64,000 nucleotides of DNA from Catajapyx aquilonaris (Eukaryota). Position numbers and translations under genes: made by a program. Below the pieces are notes generated by a model. The model was given only the letters and a program-made list of their open reading frames with translations, did not search any database and had not been told where the DNA came from. The DNA lies in the NCBI GenBank assembly GCA_000934665.2, contig JYFJ02000077.1, positions 124,001-188,000 of the forward strand, in the 5' to 3' direction. Every line of letters begins with the position of its first letter. Position 1 is the first letter of the stretch. This document shows positions 1-14,000 of the stretch, one piece after another.

Positions 1-2301
1 CATTTTGGACATGTGCATGGGCATCAGCACTCCAAAACTCCAGGTACACAGTCATGTTATATTAGAAGTGCTTATTCAGCAGGATAATCATACATTTATG
101 ACATCATCTGGTAGGTTCCTGAAACTTTGACACCGACTGACCCTACCAAGCGCACCTGGCTCATTCCTCTTTTTGGACTGGAAGGGAATAACCCCTGGTG
201 GACACCACTCATAGCTCCTATTCCAGCACTTTTGGCCACAATCCTTATTTTTATGGATCAACAGATAACTGCGGTCATCGTCAACAGAAAGGAGCACAAA
301 CTAAAGGTAGTGTATTGATATTCCTTCCTATTGTGTGGGTTCTTACTAGCATTCTTGGATTTACAATGAAAACAGAAAGGCTGTGGGTACCACTTGGATC
401 TCTTTATCTTGGCCATCCTGATCGTCATATGCAGCATTATGGGTTTGCCATGGTTTGTAGCAGCTACTGTACTGTCCATAAATCATGTAAATTCCCTCAA
501 GATGGAATCAGAATGTGCAGCTCCAGGTGAAAAACCCCAATTCTTGGGTGTCAGGTAGGAAAATATTTTTGTTATTATTTTCATAACGCTGTTTTGAAAG
601 AGCTGCGCCTAATCATAGAATTCCACCTCCAGGGAACAACGTGCCACACACATCTTAATATTCCTCATGATTGGATTGTCTGTCTTGTTGACACCTCTTC
701 TGAAACACATTCCAATGCCAGTTCTCTTTGGAGTATTCCTGTACATGGGAATTGCTTCTCTAAAGGGACTCCAGTTTTTCGACAGACTCTTGATCATGCT
801 CATGCCTGGCAAGTACCAGCCGGACTTCATGTTTCTGCGGCAGGTAAGGTCTGCCTGAATCGAAGGCCGTCATAAGATCTTATGATCGTAATTATTCTGC
901 AGGTGCCTCTGAGACGAGTCCACTTCTACACTTTAATCCAGCTGACTTGTCTGATAATGCTTTGGGTCATCAAGTCATTCAAGCAAACATCCATCTTGTT
1001 CCCTCTTATGGTTTGTGGTTACTACCTTGTGAATTTCAATCTTATGAAAGAATTAAAGTAATCACATAAGTGTACATCTTTCAGCTGGTGGTCATGATTG
1101 GCCTGAGAAAGTTACTGGATTTTGTTTTCACCCAACGAGAACTAAAAATCTTGGACGACATTATGCCTGAAACGACAAAGCGCTCAAAGGCAGAGGCGGG
1201 AGTAAAGGATGATGGGGATGAGACACCCTTCCCTGGGGTATGACTGATTCTTGAATTGATGTGACAAGTGGGTGAGACATTATGCTAACATTATTGAATG
1301 AACATACAGAACCCGTCTGATAACAATGTGGAAGCAGGAGGAAATCTCAAGATTCCATTAGCAAATGGAACTGTCATGAACATCCCCATAAATATATCTG
1401 AAGAAGTAAACAAATCGGGAGTCTGGCACCAAGTCAATACTGGAAACAAAGAAAACAAAGAGAAAGAGAAAGATAAGGACAAGGAAAAGAAACACTCTAG
1501 GTAAGTCCACATACTTGAAAGTATGAGTGGTGTGTAAATGTGTAAACTGTCTTTCAGTAGCAAGTCTAGAAAACGTGGAAGCAAAAAAGATGCCGTGAGT
1601 GAGGACGAAAATAAAAGGCTATCAACAATGGCAGAGGAAGAAGAAGATGATGGAATTACTATTAAGGTAGCAGAAACGAAGGGGTAGTGCACACACGAGA
1701 GTATTTATTTGAAAGGCACTCGGACAGACTGACCCACTGTATTCTGGTGATGCGATTCTTCCGTGGGTGGATTTCTTTATACATATAACTACTATTTCTG
1801 AATCATTCCTGTACTCGAAAAATGTCATTCTCCTTCAACTAAAAAGAAAACTAAAAAAAAACCAGAAGGTTAACAAGACTCATATACAGACTATGTAGAC
1901 GTGATGACCATATTTATTTTGTATAGGTAACGTGTAGGATTAGTCGTACACTTGAAGCTCAAAGTTTATTATTATGTTACAATACTTGCAAAGGGATAGA
2001 AAAGCACCACTAAACCTCGTCTTCTTCCGAGTCTTGTCAAAACAAAGAAGAGAAAAAAAGTCGGTGCACAGCCAACAGGTCCCATAATGCTTGTCTTTTC
2101 TCGTATGGAAAGGCTCGCATATCCTTTCTTGCCCAACATCAACTACAGACAGAGCAATTGGTACCTTATTTTTAAAATGTTAGCAGGCCTTCAAAAGACA
2201 ACAACTTTTAATTTCAGATTGTTCGAGACACAACGTCAGAAACCAACGACGCTGATGCCAAGAAGAAAGATGGGGTTAACAGTGCAGAAACCTCAGTATA
2301 A
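1..2301 (+). CDS. Ndae1: SLC4 family Na+-coupled bicarbonate transporter / Na+-driven anion exchanger, 3' portion (5' end lies outside the window)
   Basis: Exons <1-43, 115-306, 376-554, 633-843, 903-1010, 1085-1237, 1310-1500, 1558-1666, 2218-2301, all GT..AG and in phase. Translation has SLC4 hallmarks [71 protein letters not shown] and KYQPD, and ends ...AETSV*. Family is certain; the ortholog name is inferred. Confidence 0.93.
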
Positions 2302-5300
2302 AGTTGACCTATTTTTTGCCTAGAGCAGAAGTATATTTTTTTGTTTTTCCGTTTTTTGTAGTAATGTGCTGACAACTCAATTTTTATTTCTTGTAGACAT
2401 GATGGGCAAGAAAGAGCACTGTCATTCTTGTGGCTTCCATATCCGTTAGGTTGTAGGCGTATGTTTATTTCTCCCATTTACGTAGTTCACAAGTTGAAAA
2501 TTTTCACTTCATTAAATTTCGTACAGTTTGGTTGGGAAAAAAGTCAGCCTTCTGACAGTACCGTAGTCCAGTTTAATTTGTGTCGTCACAGTGTTGATTA
2601 CAGTACGTTGCCATAATGTAACGGTCATAGCAGCGCCAAACATGTAGCTCGCATTTAATTTGGGTTTGTGAATATGTACTAAAGAGTAAACCTTGAGTAG
2701 TACTTAATTTTGTACAAGGAAAGTCTAAGATATAAAAGAAATTTACTTTCCCGTATTTAAATTTGGAGTTGCATGTTTGGTGGCATATGTGTAGGGACAA
2801 CCACACATACACGAAAGATATTCTAAGATGCTGACTAAACTTCAAGTTGGATTTGCAAAGGTGCATATACAATCAGTATAATTGCAATGAAGTAATGACA
2901 GGACTATTCGCACAAGTCCTTTCGAGAAATGTCTGGAGTTAGGGATTCCCTGAACGAGGTTACGAAACATGACTATGTATGAGAGTGGTGACTAGCAATC
3001 CGCTAAAGGTGTTGTCATTTATAGTTTAAGATACCGCTCTTTCTTGTACTTCCTTACTAAGGAATTGAGACAAAACCTGTCACATATGGTAGAGATGAGG
3101 TATTACCATGTTCAGTGCCACTGCGGTTCCAAGCATCTATGGAGATAGACTGCCAAAAAAAGCGGAACAAGTGTTATTTATCTTTACAATTGTCTACGTA
3201 TTAATGTTCATTGCATTCGTTGATTCTTCTATCATTTATTTTTTTAGAGTCTCAGAAAACTCAAATGGGATCTGAATGTTTATTTATACGAGGTATCTAC
3301 TAATATAACAATAGTAATTGCGGTACAACCAATTGAAAAGTAGGGTAACAATCTCGGTGGTATTCCTTCACCTTCAGTACGGGCATAGGAAGTGTCACAA
3401 GTACGTTACAATATTCTACTACAAGCAATACTTAGTGTAGGGTCTGTAATGCAGTCCTACATGTCTTGCTGGGCAAATCAGGTATGTAGAGTACTACTGT
3501 AAGTACTGTATGCCTTATAGATCATTGAGTCTGCATTGAAATGTCGTGTGCTTTAAAATGTGTGTCAACAAGGCGTCAAGAGAGTACAGGGAATCATTTC
3601 AGTACACTAGCTAGTGAAACAACTGATGTTGCCAAACAGTTCACGAGTCCAATGTAATGCACGCGGGCGCAGCTAAAGCTCGCTTTTCTTTTACCTGCAC
3701 TTGCAGTTTTTTTTTCCTTTTTTTGGTGTGGGGTAAGCCAAAACGTGATAGTAATACTGTTTTTACCAAAAATGTATTTTTGCAGGATTTCTCTGTGCCA
3801 AGGCGACTGCTTATGGTATTTGTAGCAACCTAAATTGTGATTTTACCCTAGCCAGGTGATATCCTGCACAAATACGTTCCGAAAAGATTGGGTTTTTATT
3901 TCTTCAGGAAAAAAGAGGTGTCCATAGTTATGAAAAACAATCATTCTCCATGTATCAGAAAGCATGTTCCATCTTCAGGTAAATCACACATATGGACAAT
4001 TTGAAATCCATGTGTCAATATTTTATCAGGTGCAAAGCATAATACCATTTAAAAAAAACTACATTTATGAGGTGGCTATCATTTGTCCAGACAAGAAAAC
4101 AGCAAGCCAATACGTTGTACATAATCTTTGAGAAAGCATTGTCAGAGTGACATTTTAATGTTGTGGAAGTACAGCCATCATGCTAGTGCAGCCTATAAGT
4201 CGTTTTGTACAGTGTGCATGTGCGAGTGAATGCGAGAGAGAGGATCAGGCAAATGTGGAGCTATGACAACTATAGCAAATGTTGTTCATGTATGAATGCT
4301 AACCCTCAGCTCTCGAGTATACCTGATGTAGAGAATGTGATGACTGGAATAATAATATTTAAAAAAATAGTTACTTGTTCAAAATGAAAAAAAAAAGTTG
4401 AAAAACAATCCCACGTGAAATGTGTCATGAGGTCAACAACCGACAGTTTTCAGAGAGAATATATTGAAAACCGGAAGAGGGGACAAAATAGAGTAGCTTA
4501 CTCTGTGTTGTCAACCTTGTCTCGTTACACACTCGTCGCTAATCCACAATCCCCGGCAGCAATTAGCAATCCGAAACCATTTCATGTTATCACACCAATC
4601 CTCTGCGATGTAACTATAGGAAATCCGTGGTTTATTTATTAGCTCAAGACGGGAAGAAAATGGTGACGTCGCAAGTCACAATGTCCATAAAGGGAGTGCT
4701 TCCTCTGTTTCTGAGGGTTGGGTCGTAAGTGGATCATTTCCTTTTCAGTCAGCGTATGACTATTCCTTATAACCCCCCGTACCCGTGCCCCATTACTAAT
4801 CCAATACTCCCCATCCCAAACAAGAAGTTGGTTTGTAAGTTCTAATCATTCGCTGGTGGTAGACTAATAAACCTACCATGGTTGAGAAGCTTTTACCTCT
4901 CCAAGACTAGCTGAATCTGCACGCACTTATATTGTGATATAAAGCAGCTTCATGCCAACCATCACGAATGATTACTGAACCATATTTCAGACCCTTCTCT
5001 TGAGGCACTTCCTAAGGCTGCCACCATTGACTGTATTCCACATCTGAACTGTTAGGGTAATCAATAAAAAAGGGAAATATTTCAAGAAGTTATTGTATTC
5101 CTACCCTCTCCTACTTTTTCATACATTGAAAAATCTAGGTCTTCTTGTCCATCACGACGCGACCCGACGGCAGGAAACATCCGGTATATGACAGTAAAGC
5201 TGCTGTATGACACATTACACATGCCATTGGAAGATCATGCATGACTAACACATCGTTTGAAAAAAATCTCAAATCCGATTGCGACTTTATTATAAATCGT

Positions 5301-7061
5301 CCTTACCAATCATTTGGACTGACACGAAAAAATCGGACAATTGGCCCCTGTCCAATCTCTAATCTGCAGCCTACTTTACCATCGACTGACCCCCCAGATT
5401 ATTACTCCAGCAGTGTGTCACTGTGCTGTCTCACTATCACATGCGTGTGACGTCCTTCGTGAAACTACCCACGCCTAATATTGTCCAACATGGTGCAACG
5501 CCATAGAAATATAAGGATCTCACATAATTCTCATGATTGAAAATACATGTGACTAACACACCTGCGGAAGTAAACCACTCATGAATGACCAGCAGACTTC
5601 CCACATTTGGTCAGGTAACCTTACGAACTCCGCATGGTGTATGCCAAGACTTGATGACGTAACGAGGGCAGCAGCAGGCGGAGTGAATGGTCTGCTGGGA
5701 AAAGGAGGGCAGCTCAAGGACAATAATGCAAAACCCGACCTCGAGAGTATGACTCATGCAAGCTGCATACCACGTCGGCAGCGTCTCCTGATCGTAAATT
5801 ATTTACGGTGTCTATTGTGTAATTTCGTTCCGGAGGCGTGGCTGTTAGCGTAAAATCAAGTAGGACCCGGGTCGTTCCCTCCAACATTCGACAGAGGAAA
5901 ATGGGCACATGTTGATTTAAACACGGAACATTTTTTAAATCACACAAAAATATTGAAAGTAATTTGTGACATTCCAAGCATTTAGACCAGACACTAAAAT
6001 AGCAGTTAGTTAGAAAGAGGACTTCCTAATTAAGTCGTTCTGATGCAACGGGAGAAGGACCCGAGGGTTTGAAGTGGCAGACATTCGTAGAATTTACATG
6101 ATTACTGTATGTAATTATTAAGTTTATTACAATCGTTGGCTAAATGGTTACCACGAATCATTTGAAATCAATAAAATTCTGTCAATTCATTGCTTATTTC
6201 TGTGAAAAACACGTTGGTTAAAATGAATAGTATAATCAGGTGAATACTGGATTAATGTCGCCGGTATGGAGGCTTAAATAATAGGAAATCCTGGATGATT
6301 CATGTTTTTGTCCGAATGTCCTCTGTTCATTGCAATAAAATGTCAACTGCCCCCATAACTCTTCCTCCTTCAAAGAGAATGGACCATGTGCATCTCTCGG
6401 CATCGCTACGAGCTATAAATGAACTTTACCATACGGTAAATCGCATCGCATGTCTGTATCTTCGTCCAGTTATAATGGCGGAAAATAATGGGTTGTGTAA
6501 AGACGATACACGTTTATTCTGGACCCAATCCGCAATCAATGGAAGGACACGACGTAGTTCAACGACTCCTCAAGCACTCGCGCATTAAAGACTCCAGACA
6601 GTTCCAGACTAACCTGTTTTTGCCGCCATTATACTGGCGAATAATGGTCCTGGTTCCAGTTTCCCCTATCCTTGAAACTGGTTGCGACTCGGTCCACGAG
6701 ATGCACCTGTTTCGTGGGCTGAAGGTTTTAGCATAATCGTTCCGAAGATAGAAAATAATTGAGGGTATGCTGGGGTGTCTCTCTCCTTGAGCCTTTTACG
6801 GTACATTCTAGACTACATCAATCATTTTACCATTCTCCTACTAGTTAACGTGAGATGCTAAAGACTGTTAATGGTTACATGCTCATGAGTTTCTAGCATC
6901 CTAGGTAGCTGTGTAGTTGATGGAAGATTTGTCAACCCATCCAACAGAATGCTCCTGGTCTCATTTAAGTTACCTGTTGACTAGACGAGATAAAAATAAG
7001 ACATGATTGTGGACTTTTGCATGAAGTCATATATAATTATGTGCGGGTTGCATCACGGGGT

Positions 7062-7103
7062 AAATAAAATAAAATAAAATAAAATAAAAAATAATAATAA
7101 ATA
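7062..7103. repeat. (AAAAT)n/(AAT)n simple repeat
   Basis: Reads taaataaaat aaaataaaat aaaataaaaa ataataataa ata. Confidence 0.8.
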
Positions 7104-9060
7104 ATTTATGTAGTGTACTGTAATGTAAAACATTTTGTGCATGAGTTACATCATGCTCTTATTCTAGCCCATTCATTGATATCAATCAGGAAATAATATA
7201 GACGTCGGAAAAAGACACTGAGGTCCACATACTTCTGCTATAGCACTATAGCTTTAATTCGGTTATTCAACCGGCAACGTCGGTAAAAGCCTGAGCAAAA
7301 AGAAAAGCAGGGCAAACGTCCCTGACCAGATTGCGAAAAAGGAAACTGATGAGGAAACGCGCCTCAGAATATTCAGCTGTCTTGCACGCCATTCATTTGT
7401 CTATTCGTCTTCCTTCTTTTTAACGAGCATCCCAGCCAACTTCTTAAGCCTTTCCGCTTCTAGCTAAGGAATCTTCTCAGTTTTGGATAGTCAAGTTTGT
7501 GCACCCCAAGCCCAGTATACGAAAAGTCCAATTCGGTAGTCAGCGTCTGTGTATTCAACCTTAATGGTTTGATACAACCAGGACCTAAACCGCCACATGA
7601 AGGACATGCCCAAATATTTCTCATTTACAAACTGAAATTGGCACTATAATATGTTGAGGTGTTGCAACCACAGTGTTATTTCGCTGAATTTTTACAATAT
7701 TCACTTGTGTTATTGGACCGGATTGGACAGTCAAAGGAGCCTCAGTAAGAGTGGAAGGACCTTCATTGAAAAAAACACCACGAATGTCATCACGTCCATA
7801 AAAAAGTGCAACGTGGCAAGGTACATTTTCTTCCATCCTCACCGGCTTCTAGAAAGAATCCCCAAACCCCCCCCCCTTCCCCCCACGCCTCCTCTGCTGC
7901 TTACCAACCTTGCAGACAATACCAGCTACCCCATTACCCCACCTCATACAATTCAAGTTCCTCGCAGTCCCCTGTTTCGCAACCCATACGAGTTGGCACT
8001 ACCGGCATTCCTAGCGGAGACGTCACGGTTAATTCTGATCCTCCGCCAGACCAGACCACGGGTGGACCAGTCTCTCTCGAGGAGTCGTCCAGATCGGTTG
8101 TTCGTCCTTGCAGAGCCTACCCCGTGACAGCTGCCAAGATGCGTAAGTACCGGCGTTTGTCGAAAGGTCTAATGGACTTGGGCGTAATTAAGTTATCGGA
8201 TGTTAGGTTGGTGTTAGGCAGATTACTACATACTTCCGGAGATGTATTGCCATCAATGCCATGCCGATCAGAAATTAATAGATGTCTTATATAACAAGTG
8301 ATATCATCTCTACTTTGGTCAAATTGGAGTGACGTTTCCAGCATGTGCTACGTAGTGTACAGTACCGGCATGTGACTCATCAGAACGGAAATGCCTTTTT
8401 TGTATTGTCATAAAAAATGGGGTTCGGCAAGAAGTCCTTGAACAATTTTTTCAACAATCGAGCCGAGTAGTTATTCGTTATAATCTTCCAAGTGTAAAAT
8501 CGCAGCCGCAAGACCAAACGTTGCCCCCTAGACGTGTTGCTAAAATAGGACCCGCCACGAGGGCGTCCCACCCGACTGCGCCCATGATAGCAAAAAAATC
8601 TAAGCAAAAACGAGTAAAACCATCGTTATTTTTGGTATCTCCCATTAAAATGACATCACTGCGAAAATGTCCTAAGGCGAAAGGTGATTCAAGTAGTTGC
8701 GTTGTTAAAACATCGCATAATGAAGTAGGTGGTATTCGGCTTATGAGGATGGGCGTTGAGGCGTGCTTGGAAAACAAAACGTGGGAATGGAATGCGGTTG
8801 ACAGAACCATGGGAACACATTATACAGGGTGTTGGTGGCCGCTGCTGAAATTCCACGCCTAAGCAACAATAGCTACCAGGCCCAATTTTCTCCCATCGCG
8901 GTTACGTCACGATCATAACAAGGTTATTTTTCGACCTGGCACCAATAACTACTTAAGTAGATGGCTAATGAATACTTAGCGGCAATTAAGATTGGATCGT
9001 GTTGACAGCTCGTATCTGGCCAAAGTAAATAGGGGGTCTCAAGTGGAAAAAGAGAAAGCG

Positions 9061-11098
9061 ATGGGTTTGATTATTGCGTTGCAGCGACCGTGACCACCCA
9101 CTGGTGCATCAGTGAAAGGAGGTCACATGACCGGATGCACCTTTACGAGATCAAATACATAATAATGCAATTTGGACATGCTACATGCACCTATTGATTT
9201 GCTTAAAAACTATGTAAGATCCGGATATGGAGTCAGGCCAAGATGCAGTCATGAGTGTTTACAGCTTCCGACGTGGGAATTAGTCGCAGCTGCATGGAAC
9301 AGCCGCGCATGATCCTCAATGATTAGACAACTCGCTTAATAAATTGCAGAGATGCACGACAACGCCTTGATATTGCGCAGATTGAAAGTAAAATGGGAAG
9401 GCTCATGTGTAAATGTGGTAAATTTTTTGCAGATCTCTTCACCGCAGACAGCCAGGAATACACCTTCCATAAGCTGACCTCGACCCGGTTCATGTTCGAG
9501 GTCCGAGCCAAGAGCAATGCCCACTTGGCCCTGTCCTCCACGGCCTCAGAGGGTGAGCCCTTGATCGAGATCTTCCTGGGTGGATGGGACAACTCAAAGT
9601 CTGCCATCCGCCTCAACAAGCAGAAGCCCGACGTGGCCGAGGCTGACTCTCCGGACCTGATGACCGAGGGCGAGTACCGCCGGTTCTGGCTCAGCTGGAA
9701 TAACGAGAGCGTGAGTGGGAATATATACCCCCTATTGCTTGCCCCCATTGTGCCCAAACCGTGGGCGTTGGATTTATTCGGAACATTGTCCATTTTTAGG
9801 GCGCGCTTTGCGTGGGAAGAGACGACAGCACCTCGCCCTTGCTGAGCTGGACCAACCCTGAGCCTTTCGACATCGCGTACGTTGGTTTCCGCACCAGTTG
9901 GGGGGCCGAGGGCGACTGGAGGCTAGATGGTAATCATGCCTTGTCCACATCCACTGTCATTCCAAACTGACAATGTCCTCTTGCAGATGGATTCGAATTC
10001 CACACTGATGACAATACAGAGTACACCTTCCGCCCCGTGCCTGGAGGAGAGCTGGCCTTCAGTGTCGAGTGTGGTCATGATGCTCATCTGGCTTTGACCT
10101 CTGGTCCAATGGAGACTACCCCGATGGTGCAGGTGTTCCTCGGTGGGTGGGAGAACACCAAGTCAGCCATTCGCCTCAACAATGAGAAGCCGGATAAGGC
10201 CGAGGCTGAAACCCCGGATATTCTGTGCGAGGGGGACACCCGTAGCTTCTGGCTGCGATGGGCCAACCAGCTGATCGCAGTGGGCAAGAAGGGCGAATCG
10301 GCCTTCCTGACCTGGAGAAACCCTGAGCCATTTCCCATCACCCATCTGGGTTTCAGGACCACATGGGGATCCTCAGGACAGTGGGAAATTACCGAAGGTA
10401 TAGAGTTGATGGCCTCGCACAATTGTCCCTTTGTCGGTGTTCCCACATCTGGTCATCCTATTGACCTCCTTCCTTTCATAGGTGGTTCCGACAGCGTAGA
10501 TGCTCCCCACAGCATCTCCCATCGGTCTCACGGCACCGGAGCAGGAGTGTGGGTGCAGGGTAGCGGAAGTGACATCCCAGGTGACGCTGTCCAGGGCGGA
10601 GAAGACAGTGGCGAGGCTGTGTTTGTCGGAAGGGCCAACCACGAAGGCGACCTTATCCCAGGCAAGATCGTGCCTTCCCACGGCACCTGTTACGTTCCAT
10701 GGGGCGGCGAGGAGCATGGAAAGGCTGAGTATGAGGTCAGCTGTTCACAACGCCTGTCTCTGAAGGATCGAATTTAACTCCTGTCTTGTTGTAGGTGTTG
10801 GTCAACAGCAGCAATTACGAGTGGGTGCCAGCATCTGGAGTAAACATTCCACCTGGAGCTGTTGAGGGAGGCCGCACCAGTGAAGGCGAACCACTCTTTG
10901 TGGCCCGTGCTAATCACGAGGGCACTGTGGCTTGTGGAAAAGTAAGTTAATTTTGAATCTGGGCCGACACAGACTGGCAGATGCTAATTCTCATTTCCAT
11001 ACATTTCACAGCTGCACCCAAGTCATGGAACCTGCTACGTTCCTTATGGAGGTGGAGAACATGGATATGGTGATTATGAGGTGCTGGTTGCCAAGTAA
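9061..11098 (+). CDS. FAMeT: Farnesoic acid O-methyltransferase-like protein with 2 FAMeT domains and 2 DM9 repeats (~436 aa)
   Basis: Exons 9061-9064 (ATGG|gtttga, tentative), 9433-9710, 9800-9929, 9987-10397, 10482-10735, 10795-10941, 11012-11098; phases are consistent (1311 nt). Two copies of the motif series (N/D)AHLAL..(E/Q)(I/V)FLGGW.N.KSAIRLN..KPD..FWL.W..PEPF.I...GFRT.WG, then two DM9 repeats (WV..SG..IP..AV.GG..GE..FV.RANHEG..GK..PSHGTCYVP.GG.EHG..YEVL). AATAAA at ~11303. Confidence 0.9.
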
Positions 11099-14000
11099 AT
11101 AGTACGCAGAGAACACTATTTTCACGTTATTGTTCACCGCTTTTAGGTGGTATAGCTTCCGCGGAGCATGCCATACTCATGAGAGCATTTCAAAATATTC
11201 CTATACGCTTATATTGCAATTGTATCTGTTTCAATATTGTATACCACACCAACTAGAGTGATAAAATTTGGAGTGGGAATTTTGCCCAAAAGTGGTGTCA
11301 GAAATAAAATGTTTAGTACTGCATTCCTGTCACATTATTACTGATACCATGTCTATACCCATGGCAAAAATAATGATTGGTATGGCTTCAATTTTTGACC
11401 CAGTCTCTTAAAAACTCTTGACATGATGCCTCCTAGTTGCAGTTAGCTTATGTTGCACTGTAACATGTGATTCTCATGGTCATTTTTGTACCCTATAATA
11501 AAATCAGACAAACTGGCATGATTTTTTTCTTTTTTCACTTCATTGTTGAGTATAGTTGCCTATATAGGTAGACGTAATTACTGTAGGCTACATCGGATTA
11601 TAACGTGCTTTGGAAAAAAAAATTGCAGCGGGTGAACTGAGGATTCCCCAAGGAGGTACAGCTGCGACAAGCTTCACTGCTACTTTGGTGGCCTGAATCA
11701 GAGCAAATGGGAAATGTGAAGCAGATTCAAACTACATGCCTCAGAAAGCAGAGTATTTAAGACTGCATTTATTTTACCAGTTATAACGGTAATAAATACT
11801 GCATACTTGAAGTTATCTTGACCCACATTCGCTGCCCCAATAAAATCACGTAAAATAATGTAAAAAACCTGCAACACAATGCGAATAGAGGTCTTAGTTC
11901 AAAATAATGGTTATGTTTATGGTTTACTGATATGAGCACTGATCCCGTCAGCATATAATGTAGTAAATTCAAATTTTACTGCATGACTGCAGTGAAAGTT
12001 AGTGTTATATTGAATACAGGGAAATAGTTCATTAAAGAGGTGTGAGTAGAATGGAAAGTGAATGGGAAACTGAATAATGGAGCATGAATGGAATATTATC
12101 GAATTATGAATTCCAGGCGAACTAAGTGAATGGTACTGTACATTATTGTAACACAGGCCTGTATGCATTTCGATATGCGAAATTTAATAACTGTCTTAAA
12201 TGCCCTTGTCTGCTGCATTCAGAAATATCCGTTATTTCTACCACGACAGGATATTTAAATTCAATGTAATTTAATGATGTTTAATGTAAACTTTTATGCA
12301 AATGATCTTGACAAATACTCTTTACTTTTTGTAAACGCAGTGGGAGCCTAACTGTTAAGGTTGTGAACGATTCCTCGAAAATTTATAGCATATACAACTG
12401 TATACATCGCATAATTATGAAATGTAACAGGAATGTGACAATTCAGACTACTACCATGCTTCCAAAGCTTTTTGTGCATCAAGCAATGATGAAGACTGAA
12501 TCGAGATATTACGGAGAAAAATAAATCGTACACTGCAGTGTACAGCACACATCAGTATAGAGAGGTCATACAGTATGTAAATACCTCCGACCTCATGGTA
12601 TACTGTACTCTGGCATGTTGAAGAGGTCTATTGAAGAAATGAGCACCGAACACAATTTTCTTCTAATGACGAACAATTTGTAACTTCATGGTCAACACCT
12701 ACAGTTTGTCATATAGACATACTGTTACATACGTATATGTTGTAAAATGTGCTTCACATCCAAAATAATGATTCTTTTTACATGTACAGTATTCCACAAG
12801 GTTTGTTATCTTTTAAGATACATTCAATGTTTCTGACAGTCTTTTGCAACTTGTGCATTTACAATCATAATTACAGTACTGTATTATGATAAACCGATAT
12901 ACAGTACTTGTGTCGCTTTTTGACATCGAAATAAAAATCCATTTTGATCCCCAATATTACATAACATCGGAAACTTAACTTTCAAAAAAATGTAGAAGTG
13001 TAAATTACTTTCCAGCGTATCATAATGTAGGCATATACTGCAGAAGATGCCTTATTTGAGTTTTTGTGATCAGAATGGCATTTTTCCAAGTACAGAACAC
13101 CACCCGATTGCCATTTTTCTGATTTGCTGGATCACTGGCCATGGCCTTGGCCAGACGGCGCCTATTGCGAGAAGATTGTCGGAGGTGCCAATGCTCCGTG
13201 CCTGCGAATTGCCTGATGTGTGGCAGCAAATGTGATGACTATATACTGCAGCCATATACTCCAGTGTATCACAATGAAATGCAATCCATATGATGATGGA
13301 CCCGTTAAGCATGCAGTGTTGTTGTCGGTTGTTGCATAAGGTTTGAGCGTAATTCAATATCATGGCAGGCTTCATGACATGTTATAACTCAATGGAGTCG
13401 GTATTTCTCGGGGGAAATATGAATAGTGCTATACTGTATTACCGATTCTGGGTCATCCCCCCCCCCCCACTTCACCCCTGATCCCTCAATTTACCATACG
13501 GCTGTCTTTTAAATTTTCTTTCCCATTTTTAGTAAAATTCTCACTCAAGCTACAATATTTCAGAATGTTGAACTGCATAACAGGGAGCTGGAACTGGGGC
13601 TGGATTCCTTCCCCAGGATAGAAAGCTATACCTTCCTGAGATTGGGAAGGTAAGTTTCTCCAGAAAACATCATACGAGGTGAGTCCTTCCTTCTTCTACT
13701 ACTCTCGGGAATAGGCTCCTTTCGATTTTCTAAGGGCCTGTTGAGTGACCGATGATAAGTCAAGAACAAGTCATTAATCCAATACGAAGCACATGGATCA
13801 ATCATATGTTCTAGGCTTGCCATCGAGCACACAACCGCCCAAGTAGAAATTACCCAATTTGATTTTGGCGCCCTATTACGTAACATCCTGTTCGTTATGC
13901 AAACCCTCAACCATCCCTGTTTACCGGGTCACCATAGCTGACAGGATATTTTCTAACAAGCATATACGGTGGGTGAAGTCGCGTCACGAGAATCGCGGGA

